From a phage, in NCBI GenBank assembly GCA_018093385.1, contig GCA_018093385.1_4808.1: a stretch of DNA of 64,000 nt; one strand, written 5' to 3'. Under the pieces are notes generated by a model. That model did no database searches and was not told the DNA's origin. It saw nothing but the letters and a program-made list of their open reading frames with translations. Numbering within the stretch: position 1 is the first letter of the stretch; each line of letters begins with the position of its first letter. Positions 9,448 to 19,881 of the stretch are shown here, piece after piece. The position numbers were made by a program, and so were the translations under genes.

Positions 9448-10299
9448 ATGGCTTTTAAAGCTTCGAAAAAACGTGAACGTCGCTCGCCCGATAGAATCGG
9501 GCGCGGCAGTCCGATAATCCCATCCAACGCTATTGCGATGGCCTATCGTCGTGAGATGAAAGGTCTTTGCTATGCGATGATTGACGACTATCAAGCAGGA
9601 ATTGCTGAGTGGCTTGAAAAGAAGCAGGTTAAAAAGTTCTTTGCGCAAGACTCTGCTGATTCAACTTTTCAGACCTTGATGAAGCGACTGCAACTGAAAT
9701 GGGCAAAAGCTTTCGCCCGTGTCGGGTCAAAGATTGCCGCAGATTTCATCAAGTCAGTTGAAAAGGGTGCCACTTCTGCTACATTTGCAAGTCTTAAATC
9801 TGCAGGAATAGAAGCGCCAAAAGCCACATATAATAAATTCGTTGAGAACACTCTTAAAACAAGCGAGACGTTCAACACGACTTTAGTGACTAAGGTTGGC
9901 GAAGATATTCACAACAGGGTGTACGAAGCGGTGATGCTTTCGCTTACTTCGCCAGACCCAGCGCAACAAGGCACGTCCGGCATTCAGGCGGCATTAAGGA
10001 ATGTAAAACACTTCTCTGCAAAACGCGTAGACCTTATTGCAAAAGACCAAACAAGCAAACTTTATTGCGTATTAAGTGATGAAAGGATGCGACAGAATGG
10101 CGTTGAGGAATTTGAGTGGGCGCATTCAGGAGCAGGAAAAGAGCCGCGAATATCGCATGAGCACGTCGACGGAATGAGATTTAAACTTGATGACAAGCGC
10201 CTATGGGAAGTTGGCGGCGAATTGAAGTTCAAAAAGGGTGACATCGGTCCTCCTGGATGGGCGATACACTGCAAGTGCAGAAAAATACCAATTATCTGA
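9448..10299 (+). CDS. head morphogenesis protein (Mu F / SPP1 gp7-like minor head protein)
   Basis: Position immediately after portal; ATG 9448 one nt after portal stop; size ~284 aa. Confidence 0.5.
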   Translation: MAFKASKKRERRSPDRIGRGSPIIPSNAIAMAYRREMKGLCYAMIDDYQAGIAEWLEKKQVKKFFAQDSADSTFQTLMKRLQLKWAKAFARVGSKIAADFIKSVEKGATSATFASLKSAGIEAPKATYNKFVENTLKTSETFNTTLVTKVGEDIHNRVYEAVMLSLTSPDPAQQGTSGIQAALRNVKHFSAKRVDLIAKDQTSKLYCVLSDERMRQNGVEEFEWAHSGAGKEPRISHEHVDGMRFKLDDKRLWEVGGELKFKKGDIGPPGWAIHCKCRKIPII

Positions 10300-10306
10300 G
10301 GTCATT

Positions 10307-11227
10307 ATGACGATACCAATCAACACATTCCCTCTATCTGGACAAACTCCAGTCTTGCCTGCGGTGTATGCTAATGGCTTGGCAATTGTCTCAGAATTCA
10401 CTTCTGATAAAAACTTGATTGTTCCACTGAGCCCGCCGCTTGCATCAGGGTATAACTCAGTAGGCCAATTCTTTATGATTGGCAATGATGGCGATTCGAC
10501 CAGCAAGCCTAATCTGACATTGTCTGTACCTAAGATGGACATCACAGACGTTCAAACTGGCTTGACTGCATCAACAATCACCATTGCTTTTGGAGAAGCG
10601 GTGATTATAGGAATGGAGTCTGGAGGGTCCAAGAATGCTGTCGCCGTTAAGGTAGTCAAATCCAGCGACAACCAATACACGTTACCAGCTGCGACGGCTT
10701 CCGTTCTCGGCGGCGTCAAAATAGGAAGCGGAATAAGCGTCGCAGGTGACGGTACAATTAGCGTCACTCAATACTCATTGCCGATTGCGTCAGCATCTAC
10801 TTTAGGCGGCGTAAAGGTCGGTACAACTCTATCAATTGATGGTTCCGGTGTGCTTAACGCAGCGGAAAGCACCGTCCAGAATGCCACGAACAGTGTTAGC
10901 AATCCTCCAACCACTTTGGTTAATCTGGCAACCTTAAACCTTCCTGCAGGAAAGTGGCTTGTGACGGCAAGTCAGTTGACTGTCGCGACAGCAGGAATTC
11001 AAGCGAACACCGGAATTACAGCCAAATTGTCAACAAGCGATTCAGATATTACGGATGATGCATTTACGATGTCAGCTGGCATTCGGGCTGCAGGTCGTTT
11101 CGGCGGCAATATTCCAACAAAGATAATTACTCTTGCCGCGCCTGGCGATGTGTATCTAAACTATCAATGCACAGATGCGTTGACATCTACCGTTTACGGA
11201 CAGATCACCGCAATCAAGCTGAACTAA
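10307..11227 (+). CDS. tail-fibre-repeat-containing protein
   Basis: Tandem motif YTLPAATASVLGGVKIGSGISV / YSLPIASASTLGGVKVGTTLSI typical of phage fibre repeats; ATG 10307 chosen over upstream track start. Confidence 0.5.
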   Translation: MTIPINTFPLSGQTPVLPAVYANGLAIVSEFTSDKNLIVPLSPPLASGYNSVGQFFMIGNDGDSTSKPNLTLSVPKMDITDVQTGLTASTITIAFGEAVIIGMESGGSKNAVAVKVVKSSDNQYTLPAATASVLGGVKIGSGISVAGDGTISVTQYSLPIASASTLGGVKVGTTLSIDGSGVLNAAESTVQNATNSVSNPPTTLVNLATLNLPAGKWLVTASQLTVATAGIQANTGITAKLSTSDSDITDDAFTMSAGIRAAGRFGGNIPTKIITLAAPGDVYLNYQCTDALTSTVYGQITAIKLN

Positions 11228-11237
11228 AGAGGAAGTT

Positions 11238-11375
11238 ATGCAAAAGATTATTCAGTCACGTTATGTTAAAGTGCGAAATATTAATTGCAACTCTTTGCTT
11301 TCTTGGAAATGGGCTGTTTACGACTCGATGTTAATTGGCGTTTTAGTTGCAGGAGTGCTATTTAATATTCACTGA
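11238..11375 (+). CDS. small hydrophobic protein (45 aa)
   Basis: RBS AGAGGAAG upstream of ATG; C-terminal hydrophobic stretch; below track size cutoff. Confidence 0.3.
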   Translation: MQKIIQSRYVKVRNINCNSLLSWKWAVYDSMLIGVLVAGVLFNIH

Positions 11376-11399
11376 ATTCATCGGCAAAGGATTGCCGCG

Positions 11400-11700
11400 A
11401 GTTTTATACGTATAATGACGTATCATCCGTATCAAGTAAGTTGTTGTTTTCAAAAGAATCTTACGGATGATACGGATGATACGCATTGCCGCCGTACTAT
11501 ATAGGAATTCAAATAAATTAATTTAAAATTATATATCTAATTTAATTTTATTTTTTTATAAACTCTTATATATGAAAAGTATCCGTATCATCCGTATCAT
11601 CCGTAGCACACCAGTGATAGCGCGGCTTATACACCGATACGGATAAAAATACGCCTCATTTTATCCGTATCATCCGTATCACACTAATAAAGGCGCGGCT
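11400..11700. repeat. iteron cluster flanking an AT-rich core
   Basis: 9-bp unit TACGGATGA / TCATCCGTA in 2-3 tandem copies at about 11421-11436, 11461-11482, 11581-11608, 11634-11643, 11662-11683 in both orientations around ~75 bp of nearly pure A/T (11500-11576); palindrome TATACGTATA at 11406-11415. Confidence 0.6.
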
Positions 11701-11790
11701 ATATCGGTCGTTATACATATTCAAACCATAATTATTGTTTGCCTAAGTTTTTTTCATTAGATATAATACACAATACTTATTTGAGGGTGG

Positions 11791-13209
11791 ATGCGAATGC
11801 AAACGGCACGCGAAATTGACAAAAATGGATTCTTGACGATTATGGGTTGTCCAATTTCGTCATTTGGCATTTTTGATTATTCTGCTGGTCAAGTTGGTCT
11901 TGATGGTGATCCGAATCGCATCGTAAAAGTCTATCGCCCTGAGTCAGCGGTGAAAGACCCCGAAGCGATAGATTCATTCAAAAATATCCCTTTCATCGAC
12001 AATCACGAAATGCTTTCTGGATTTGAAGGTGATGAGGATAACACAGCACCCGAAGAGTATGGAGTTGATGGCGTTCTGACTGGCAATGTTTATTATGACA
12101 AGCCATGGATGCGCGGCGACCTTAAAGTGTTTAGCCGTCGTCTGAAGAAGGCCATTGATTCTGGAAAGGTTGACTTGTCTTTGGGCTATGACTGTGAATT
12201 CATCATACAGTCTGGAGAGTTTGACGGGCAGCCGTATGAAGTGGTGCAGACAACTCTTCGCGGCAACCACATTGCTCTCGTGGACGTTGGTCGAGTACCA
12301 GGTGCACGGGTGCTGGATGGTCGTTGCTTTGACCATCTTTGTTTGACGACTGTAACACCATCCAACGAGGATTTAGACATGCCAAAACCGTTAAAAGGTA
12401 AAGCGCGTGATAATGCTGTTGAACAGCTGAAATCACTGATCCCTGCGCTCGAACAATTTCTGAATGAAGAGAGTACTGAAGCTGCTCATCAGGACGAAGT
12501 TGAAGTGAAAGCAGAAGAGAAGGACTCAACCGAAAATCGTGAAGAAGTAATGGTTGATCCAGAAGTCAAGGCAGAAGCAGAAGAAACCCCAGAAGGTGAA
12601 GAGAAGTTTGAAGTTGAAACTGAATCTCACGCCAGCGGCGAACTTCCGCAATTGATCAGCCAAATCGAAGCACTTATTGCAAAACTGAAAGGTGGCGCGG
12701 TAGGTGATGAAGAAGAAGTTGAAGCCGAAGTCAAAGACGAAGAAGTTGAAGTCAAGGCTGAAGATGTATCACCTTGCGACAAAGCTGAAGATGTGGTTAG
12801 CGGCCTGCAAAACAGCAACGTAAAGGGGGCTTCGGTCGAAAAAGATGACAAACCGACAAAAGCGGCGAAAGCGTCGCCAGGTCCAGCAAAAGGGGAACAC
12901 TCAATGGCATCTGATTCAGCAGTTGCTGCTTTCTACGCTGATTCTGCTCGTAAGAATAGCCTCTACCAGCGCCTGTCTAAAGTTGTTGGTGCCTTTGATC
13001 ATGCAACTATGGACTCCAAGTCCGTAGCGAAATATGGCGCTAAAAAGTTAGGCTTGAAGTGCGTTGATGGTGCTGAGTTTGACGTGGTGGATAATTATCT
13101 GCGCGGCGTTGAGCACGGTCAGAAACAGCGTGTAGTCGCAAAACAAAAGGCCGCTGCGGATTCTGCAGCAACTGACGAAGCATTTGAAGCTTGGTTGAAA
13201 GGGGAATAA
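11791..13209 (+). CDS. putative prohead protease/scaffolding protein
   Basis: Position before major capsid gene; long acidic low-complexity/coiled-coil middle (EVEVKAEEKD...); alternative start ATG 11797. Confidence 0.5.
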   Translation: MRMQTAREIDKNGFLTIMGCPISSFGIFDYSAGQVGLDGDPNRIVKVYRPESAVKDPEAIDSFKNIPFIDNHEMLSGFEGDEDNTAPEEYGVDGVLTGNVYYDKPWMRGDLKVFSRRLKKAIDSGKVDLSLGYDCEFIIQSGEFDGQPYEVVQTTLRGNHIALVDVGRVPGARVLDGRCFDHLCLTTVTPSNEDLDMPKPLKGKARDNAVEQLKSLIPALEQFLNEESTEAAHQDEVEVKAEEKDSTENREEVMVDPEVKAEAEETPEGEEKFEVETESHASGELPQLISQIEALIAKLKGGAVGDEEEVEAEVKDEEVEVKAEDVSPCDKAEDVVSGLQNSNVKGASVEKDDKPTKAAKASPGPAKGEHSMASDSAVAAFYADSARKNSLYQRLSKVVGAFDHATMDSKSVAKYGAKKLGLKCVDGAEFDVVDNYLRGVEHGQKQRVVAKQKAAADSAATDEAFEAWLKGE

Positions 13210-13211
13210 AC

Positions 13212-13829
13212 ATGACTTTCCAAACTAGTGTAGGCCGTCAATATACAACTGGCTTTCCTGGCGACATCGTTCGCGACGGCCCACAGCGTGGGAAGCCAGG
13301 CCGAATCGTTAGCGCCAACGACGGTGCAAACGTAAACGCCATCAGCCGTGTGTTTGGTTTTAAAGCTGACGTATCATTAATGGGTACTGGCCAAACCAAA
13401 ACCTTGGGCGCGCAGGACTTTGAAGTTGAACTGGGCGGCACCAATTACTATGGCATCCTTGGCAACAGCAAGCGTTACGCTCTGTATGGCAACTCTACTG
13501 GTCCTTTGGGCGCCAGCATGGTTCTGCCTCAATATAGCGAAGGCGAGTTCTACGATATGTGCACGGGCCTCGTAGTTGAAGTATTCAACCCAAGCACCAG
13601 TCCGCAGACGCTGAACTACGGCGACCTGCTCGCTTATGTACCTAAAGGCATTTCCAGCGGTAACAACCCGAACAACTTGCCTATCGGTGCAATTATCGCC
13701 TACACTGGCTCACTGCCAACTGGCATGGTTGCCATTCCAGGCGGTATCGTGATTGACCCGACTGCTATTGCCCTTTCCGGCCCAAGCGTCCAGTCTTCCA
13801 CTTATACCATTGTACAATTGACTCGTTAA
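13212..13829 (+). CDS. putative capsid accessory/decoration protein
   Basis: ATG 13212 just after scaffold stop; sits between scaffold and major capsid genes. Confidence 0.4.
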   Translation: MTFQTSVGRQYTTGFPGDIVRDGPQRGKPGRIVSANDGANVNAISRVFGFKADVSLMGTGQTKTLGAQDFEVELGGTNYYGILGNSKRYALYGNSTGPLGASMVLPQYSEGEFYDMCTGLVVEVFNPSTSPQTLNYGDLLAYVPKGISSGNNPNNLPIGAIIAYTGSLPTGMVAIPGGIVIDPTAIALSGPSVQSSTYTIVQLTR

Positions 13830-13843
13830 TAGGCAGGTGAATA

Positions 13844-14983
13844 ATGACTCGCATTAGCCAAACACACTCTCGCCTCCCAGCGAGCAAGGTGCGCCCTTTT
13901 GATATGCAATCCGTCACTGACGCGGCTGTTTCCCAGCTTGCTCGTATCGGTATTGTGTTTGATTCCGCGATTGTGCGTGATCAAATTGAGCACTTAAACC
14001 GTGCAGGCGCTTTTCGCGTAGGTGACGCCGCGTTTACTGCGCCGCAGACTACTCCGTCAATCCCGACCCCGTTGCAATTCCTGCAGCAATGGCTGCCTGG
14101 CTTCGTCAAAATCATGACCGCTGCTCGTAAAATCGACGAGCTGGTTGGTATTGATACCGTTGGTCAGTGGGAAGATGCGGAAATCGTTCAGGGTATCGTT
14201 GAACCAGCTGGCACCGCAGTTGAATATGGTGATTTCACCTCTATTCCTCTGGCAAGCTGGAACGTAAACTTTGAACGTCGTTCTATCGTTCGTGGCGAAA
14301 TGGGCATGGCAGTTGGTATGCTGGAAGAAGGCCGCGCGTCTGCTATGCGTCTGAACTCCGCAGAAACCAAGCGCCAGCAGGCTGCTGTATCTCTGGAAAT
14401 CATGCGTAACGCAATCGGCTTCTATGGTTGGTACAACGGGAACAACCGCACATTCGGCTTCCTGAATGATCCAAACCTGCCAGCAGCGATGACTTCCCAC
14501 ACCACTTCCGGCTGGGCTACTGCGACTTTCCAACAGGTAACTGCAGACATCCGTTTGATGGTTCGTCAAATTCGTGTGAACTCTCAGGACCAGATTGATC
14601 CAGAGAAAGTTGACATGACTCTGGCGCTGCCGACTAACTCTATCGATTGGCTGTCCAACACCACTGACTTCGGTATTTCTGTACGTGACTGGATCACCCA
14701 GACTTATCCGAAGATGAAGATCAAATCTGCACCGGAACTCAACGGCGCACTTGGCAGTGACCCGACTTTCTTGAACGTGGCATACCTGTACGCTGATCAC
14801 ATCGATTCCTCAATTGATGGTTCAAGCGATGATGGTTCCGTATTCAGTCAGCTGGTTCAAACCAAGTTCATGACTCTGGGCGTTGAAAAGCGTGCTAAGA
14901 GCTACGTTGAAGACTACGCAAACGCAACAGCAGGCGTTCTGCTCAAGCGTCCGTTCGCAGTCGTCCGTATGACTGGTATTTAA
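13844..14983 (+). CDS. major capsid protein
   Basis: 379 aa ORF with strong RBS GGCAGGTGA, directly downstream of scaffold genes, followed by stem-loop; size and synteny typical. Confidence 0.6.
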   Translation: MTRISQTHSRLPASKVRPFDMQSVTDAAVSQLARIGIVFDSAIVRDQIEHLNRAGAFRVGDAAFTAPQTTPSIPTPLQFLQQWLPGFVKIMTAARKIDELVGIDTVGQWEDAEIVQGIVEPAGTAVEYGDFTSIPLASWNVNFERRSIVRGEMGMAVGMLEEGRASAMRLNSAETKRQQAAVSLEIMRNAIGFYGWYNGNNRTFGFLNDPNLPAAMTSHTTSGWATATFQQVTADIRLMVRQIRVNSQDQIDPEKVDMTLALPTNSIDWLSNTTDFGISVRDWITQTYPKMKIKSAPELNGALGSDPTFLNVAYLYADHIDSSIDGSSDDGSVFSQLVQTKFMTLGVEKRAKSYVEDYANATAGVLLKRPFAVVRMTGI

Positions 14984-15008
14984 TTGCTGTGATTACACAG
15001 TAAAACAC

Positions 15009-15038
15009 ATGGGGCGTGGTCGAAAGGCTTCGCCCCAT
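15009..15038 (+). terminator. stem-loop downstream of capsid gene (weak terminator candidate)
   Basis: ATGGGGCG ... CGCCCCAT 8-bp stem; no clear U-tract. Confidence 0.3.
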
Positions 15039-15098
15039 ATCAATAGACCTCAAGGGCTGTAGGGGCTTATCTGAGGCTTATATAAATAGGACTACAAA

Positions 15099-15563
15099 AT
15101 GTCAAAATACATCGTTTCAACTATGTCTATGTCAGTTAACTACACTTTCTATACGGAAGTGAAAGAAAACCCGAATGCAAAAGCTGGTTCAGGCGCTCTT
15201 CCAAATATTCGCAAACAGATTCTAATCAAAGGCGGCGCTGGTCTTACTTCAGCAACTTCCGGCTTTGGTGAAATGGCAAAAGGCGCTGACGGTGCACCTT
15301 TGTGGACTCCTGAAGGAATCGTCACCGTTGTAAGCGATGCAGATTTTGAGCATCTGAAAGATCATCACGTGTTTAAGCAGCATCTTGAAAAAGGTTTGGT
15401 GAAAGTCGTAAATCACGACATTGTTGGCAATCACAAAGCCGTCGCCAAAGAAGTTCGCAGCATGTCAGACGACCCGTTTGCGCCTATGACGCGCGAAACT
15501 GCTGACAAGCGCATCAAGGTAAAATTGAGCGGCGACCAAGAAGATGATTTATTCCGCGTTTAA
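15099..15563 (+). CDS. hypothetical virion protein
   Basis: ORF in track within structural operon. Confidence 0.45.
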   Translation: MSKYIVSTMSMSVNYTFYTEVKENPNAKAGSGALPNIRKQILIKGGAGLTSATSGFGEMAKGADGAPLWTPEGIVTVVSDADFEHLKDHHVFKQHLEKGLVKVVNHDIVGNHKAVAKEVRSMSDDPFAPMTRETADKRIKVKLSGDQEDDLFRV

Positions 15564-15577
15564 ATAAGGTGAATGCC

Positions 15578-16033
15578 ATGTCATTAGATTACGAAAAGTT
15601 CAGAATTAAATTTCCACAGTTTGCTGATCAGGTTAAATTCCCTGACACAACACTTCAAGTATTCTATGACATGGCATGTGAATTTATTGAATCACAAGAC
15701 AGTCCTTGTCGTGTTTTAAATGGCAGTAAATTGGAGCTGGCATTGGAATATATGACGGCTCATCTTTTATGCATAGCCGCAGACCAACAAGTGTCTGTGT
15801 CTTCTGGTGACGGAGTTGAACAAGGCGGCTTCGTGACTGGCGCAACAATTGGTGACATCACAGTGAACAAAGTCGCGCCGCCTGCGAGTGATGGCTGGGA
15901 ATACTGGTTATCAAGCACTCCATATGGCATGGCGCTGTGGGCGCTTCTTCAAGCACTGGCCGTTGGCGGCTTGTCATTCGGCGGTCTTCCAGAGCGTGAA
16001 GGATTCCGTAAAATTGGTGGGGTATTCTGGTGA
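15578..16033 (+). CDS. putative head-tail connector/head completion protein
   Basis: Synteny after capsid; ATG 15578 with RBS AAGGTGA. Confidence 0.4.
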   Translation: MSLDYEKFRIKFPQFADQVKFPDTTLQVFYDMACEFIESQDSPCRVLNGSKLELALEYMTAHLLCIAADQQVSVSSGDGVEQGGFVTGATIGDITVNKVAPPASDGWEYWLSSTPYGMALWALLQALAVGGLSFGGLPEREGFRKIGGVFW

Positions 16034-16416
16034 GGATTCCTGGCGTAAACTTATATCGAGTTGCGACAAAGGTTATCGGTCGCCAACCGATTCAATATTA
16101 CATGTACAAGGGGCGCACCCTTGATAAGATGCGCAACTATGTCACTACATATGAAGAACCAATCACCTTACTTGCTTCGGTGCAGGCTGTACTTCGAAAC
16201 CAATACGTTGAGCTTGGTTTAGAGCTTCAAAAGAACTATGTCAAAATCTGGGTGGACAAAGACATTGTTGACCTTGACCGCGACGCTTCCGGCGACTATT
16301 TTGTGTTTGGTGGCAAAACGTACAAGATGGAAGATGAAACGACATGGTTTGACCAAGATGGTTGGACGTCTTGCCTTGCCGTGGAAGTAAAACAAAGCTT
16401 TCCAGTGTCTACTTGA
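16030..16416 (+). CDS. hypothetical neck protein
   Basis: ORF in track, overlaps upstream stop, probable GTG start. Confidence 0.4.
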   Translation: MRIPGVNLYRVATKVIGRQPIQYYMYKGRTLDKMRNYVTTYEEPITLLASVQAVLRNQYVELGLELQKNYVKIWVDKDIVDLDRDASGDYFVFGGKTYKMEDETTWFDQDGWTSCLAVEVKQSFPVST

Positions 16417-16417
16417 G

Positions 16418-16999
16418 GTGTATATGACAGATGTCGACCTGATTGACATGCTGGCAACGCGAATTGAAGAAGGTCTGTCGGCGTATAGTCGTGCAGACCT
16501 TTCTGCTGTTCCGGTCCAGAAAAAATACCAACCGACTCAACAGGGAATTCCGACTGGTGATCAGATTTGGTTTAACCTTTTATTCTCAGTCCCATTCGGT
16601 TGGTCAATGAGAAAGAATGAATTTGTCAATGATGAATCTCAATTCGTTAATGGCAAATTTAAAGATATTGAAGATCAGATATACGCAACACGTTTTCAAA
16701 TTAGCGGCTTATTCCCAGAAGTCCCTGGCAATCCAGAAAAGCCTACGGCTAATGACGTTTTGACTTATTTGGCAAGATTCATAACCCACAAGGCTAATTT
16801 AAGGGATTGGTTTAAAAAGCATCAGGCTTCAGTATATAGAGTCGACATGAACAACAATGAAAAGTTCTATGACGACATGTCGCAGTTTGAATCATTCCCT
16901 TCTTTTGATTTGGTAATCCTTCACAGAAACGCAATTTCAATTGACACGCCTGCTGTTGCAAGAGCTGTTAATAACGATTTAGGCGATATTCCGGTGTGA
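16418..16999 (+). CDS. hypothetical neck/tail completion protein
   Basis: ORF in track, structural operon. Confidence 0.45.
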   Translation: MYMTDVDLIDMLATRIEEGLSAYSRADLSAVPVQKKYQPTQQGIPTGDQIWFNLLFSVPFGWSMRKNEFVNDESQFVNGKFKDIEDQIYATRFQISGLFPEVPGNPEKPTANDVLTYLARFITHKANLRDWFKKHQASVYRVDMNNNEKFYDDMSQFESFPSFDLVILHRNAISIDTPAVARAVNNDLGDIPV

Positions 17000-17000
17000 T

Positions 17001-17486
17001 ATGACAAAATCAAAAATGATAGAAAAACAGATAAAGGCGCTTCAATCAATGAAGGGTCTTACTGTTGAGGCAGGATGGTTCGACTCTACCAGATACCCTT
17101 CAGAAACTGGTGGAGAAGGTATTCTGGTGTCAGAAGTTGCGCGGCTTAATGAGTTTGGTCACATAGCCGTTTTGAACTTTGGACAAGGACCAGTCAGGGT
17201 AGAAGTTCCACCCAGACCATTCATGAGATACGCCTATGAATTATTCGTTAGTGAGCGCAGTGAAATAGAGAATAAAATTGCTAAAAAGATTTTTTCCGGT
17301 AAAATAGACGCTAGACAGGCATTGGGTCAAATTGGGCTTGCGATGGAAGCAAAGATTGTCGAATCAATTAAAAACGGACCGTGGCAGCCAAACGCCAGAT
17401 ATACTGTACGTGTGAAGGGATTCGACAAACCTTTGATTCACACCAGCCTCATGTGGCAATCTGTCAGCAGCCAAGTCATTAAATAA
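17001..17486 (+). CDS. hypothetical neck/tail terminator protein
   Basis: ORF in track immediately before sheath gene. Confidence 0.45.
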   Translation: MTKSKMIEKQIKALQSMKGLTVEAGWFDSTRYPSETGGEGILVSEVARLNEFGHIAVLNFGQGPVRVEVPPRPFMRYAYELFVSERSEIENKIAKKIFSGKIDARQALGQIGLAMEAKIVESIKNGPWQPNARYTVRVKGFDKPLIHTSLMWQSVSSQVIK

Positions 17487-17498
17487 GAGGACACCGAC

Positions 17499-19037
17499 GT
17501 GATCAGTCAATCTCGTTATATTAAAATTGTATCAGGGGTCGGAGCAGGCGCGGCTGTTGCAGTTCGCAAACTGTCGCTTCGCATCATGACTTCCAATACA
17601 GTTCTGCCGCCAGGCATTGTAGCAGAATTTTCAACTGCTGATGCCGTTGGATCATATTTTGGTTTTTCTTCCGAAGAATACAAGCGCGCAGCACTGTATT
17701 TTGGATTCATCAGCAAGCAAATCAACTCGCCTGATTCAATCAGCTTTTCTCGCGTTGTATCCACGGCGATTCCTGCAATGGTTATCGGCGACACTGAGCC
17801 TAAAACGCTTGCTACTTTCCAGGCATTCACTGGCGCTATCTTAAGCATCACTTATGACGGCACAGACTACCTGACTGACGCCATCAACCTTTCAGCGGCA
17901 ACAAGTCTTGCCAACGTAGCGGAACTCTTGGAAACGGCAATCAACACCAAGTTTGCAGCAGAAGGTGGCACGTCGGTGCCTGCACTTGCTGATGCGGAAG
18001 TGTATTGGAATGCCAACACCCAGCAGTTCACTTTGGAAGCCGCTCCGTCGACCGCTGGTGCTGGAAACCTTTCGATTAACGTCACAGGTCAACCGACAGA
18101 CCCATCTCAGGCGCTTGGTTGGACGACTACTGGCACCGTTACGGTTGCTGGACAGGGTGTAGCAAGTCCGGTAGAAGCCATCGCGGCATCTGTGGAGATT
18201 TCCAACAACTTTGGCTCATTCCTTTTCGCTGGAGCAGACCGAACGCTGGAAGAAATCACAGCCGTTGCAGCTTGGACTCACTCGCAGAACAACATGTACA
18301 TGTATCTGTTCTCGACTGCATTCGCCAACATCGGCTCATACTATACCGCGTTGAAAGGTTACTCAGGCGTTGGTATGATGATCCGTGCAACTAACCTCGC
18401 GAATGATTACATCGACCAGGCACCTGCTGAAATTCTTGCGGCGACAAACTATAACACTGTAAATGCAACTCAAAACTATATGTATTATCAGTTTGAAACG
18501 CGAAATGTAACCGTATCGACTGATTCACGCGCAGATACTGCTGATCAAAACCGTGCAAACTATATCGGTGCGACTCAGCAAGCTGGTCAAACTCTCGCGT
18601 TCTTCCAGCGTGGTGTTCTGATGGGCGGGTCTACCGCAGCAGTTGACATGAACACTTATGCCAACGAGATGTGGCTTAAATCTGCTATCACTTCTCAGCT
18701 GTTCAGCATGTTCTTGAATCTTGGTCGCGTGCCTGCAAACGAAGAAGGCAAAGCGACTGTCCAAGCCATGATTCAAGTTGCTGTTGACAATGCGAAGGTT
18801 AACGGCACCATCTCTGTCGGTAAGGCGCTGACGGAAATTCAGAAACAGTACATCACGCAAACCTCCGGTGACAACACTGCTTGGCGGCAGGTTGAGACTA
18901 TCGGTTATTGGTTGACTGTCGATTTTGACACTGAAACCACTTCCGATAACCGCACCGAATACTATGCAACATACACGCTAATCTACTCTAAAGATGATGC
19001 TGTGCGTCGCGTTGAAGGTCGTGACGTTCTTATTTAA
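17499..19037 (+). CDS. tail sheath protein
   Basis: 512 aa ORF directly upstream of tube gene; RBS AAGAGGA with GTG start; size and order typical of contractile tails. Confidence 0.55.
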   Translation: MISQSRYIKIVSGVGAGAAVAVRKLSLRIMTSNTVLPPGIVAEFSTADAVGSYFGFSSEEYKRAALYFGFISKQINSPDSISFSRVVSTAIPAMVIGDTEPKTLATFQAFTGAILSITYDGTDYLTDAINLSAATSLANVAELLETAINTKFAAEGGTSVPALADAEVYWNANTQQFTLEAAPSTAGAGNLSINVTGQPTDPSQALGWTTTGTVTVAGQGVASPVEAIAASVEISNNFGSFLFAGADRTLEEITAVAAWTHSQNNMYMYLFSTAFANIGSYYTALKGYSGVGMMIRATNLANDYIDQAPAEILAATNYNTVNATQNYMYYQFETRNVTVSTDSRADTADQNRANYIGATQQAGQTLAFFQRGVLMGGSTAAVDMNTYANEMWLKSAITSQLFSMFLNLGRVPANEEGKATVQAMIQVAVDNAKVNGTISVGKALTEIQKQYITQTSGDNTAWRQVETIGYWLTVDFDTETTSDNRTEYYATYTLIYSKDDAVRRVEGRDVLI

Positions 19038-19084
19038 ATAATTGCCGCCGTAACTGGCGGCCATCTCTCTGAGAGGAATCTGTA

Positions 19085-19552
19085 ATGATTAACGTTTCCG
19101 GTTTTGGCGCTTCGATTCGTTTGGTAGCATCAAACACTTTTCCTAATGGTGTGACACTTTCTGATTTTGCAGATGATGCTGATCCGATTGACGCGCCGGA
19201 CCTGCAAATCTCTGAGGCTGCAATGGGCCTTAACGGTGACTTAGTAGTGTGGAACCGTGCAAACCCGCTTGAAGTAGGTGTGAACATCATCCCTACTTCT
19301 GAAAGTGATGTCAACTTGGACGTTCTTGCAGCTGCAAACCGCGTAGGCAAGCGCAAGAACTCCGCAAAAGATGTGATCACACTTGTGCTGACTTATCCTT
19401 CTGGAATGGTTATCACGCTAAACAAAGGCACCTTGACAACTGGTTCCGTAATTCCTGGCATCCAGTCTCAAGGTCGTGTGAAAACACGTCAATATCGCTT
19501 CAAGTTTGAGAACGTAGTCAAAACTGGCGTGAGCAACCAAGAGATTTTATAA
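19085..19552 (+). CDS. tail tube protein
   Basis: 155 aa immediately after sheath; paralog of 20503-21000. Confidence 0.5.
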   Translation: MINVSGFGASIRLVASNTFPNGVTLSDFADDADPIDAPDLQISEAAMGLNGDLVVWNRANPLEVGVNIIPTSESDVNLDVLAAANRVGKRKNSAKDVITLVLTYPSGMVITLNKGTLTTGSVIPGIQSQGRVKTRQYRFKFENVVKTGVSNQEIL

Positions 19553-19881
19553 TGTATCAAATACCACTTGACAGCGTACCTAACCAGAATATCAGCTTTA
19601 ACGTTGACGGTGCATATTGGCAGTTGCACATTTTTGCCGCTATCGAGCACATGTGTGCCGACGTATATCGCAATGGTGAACTTTTGATTCAAGGGGTGCG
19701 CTGTTTTGGTGGTATCCCAATGGTGCCTTATAAGTATCTCATGATTGGGTACGGTAATTTCATTTTCGACAGCGTACCTGATTATGAAAGTTTTAACTCT
19801 GGCGGCTGTAATCTATATTACATGTCAGAATCTGAGTTGGCTGAATTCCAGGCCACTGCTGAAGCGGAGTTTGCAATTTGA
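19552..19881 (+). CDS. hypothetical protein
   Basis: ORF in track. Confidence 0.4.
   Translation: MYQIPLDSVPNQNISFNVDGAYWQLHIFAAIEHMCADVYRNGELLIQGVRCFGGIPMVPYKYLMIGYGNFIFDSVPDYESFNSGGCNLYYMSESELAEFQATAEAEFAI

Noticed and set aside
11581-11608. Tandem 9-bp repeats considered as a possible CRISPR array
   Set aside because: Units are only 9 bp, directly abutting without spacers, and occur in both orientations; no cas genes. Interpreted as iterons.
14057-14800. 247-aa minus-strand ORF
   Set aside because: Antisense within the major capsid gene; no independent support.
15009-15038. Strong terminator call after capsid gene
   Set aside because: Hairpin present but no U-tract; retained only as weak stem-loop feature.
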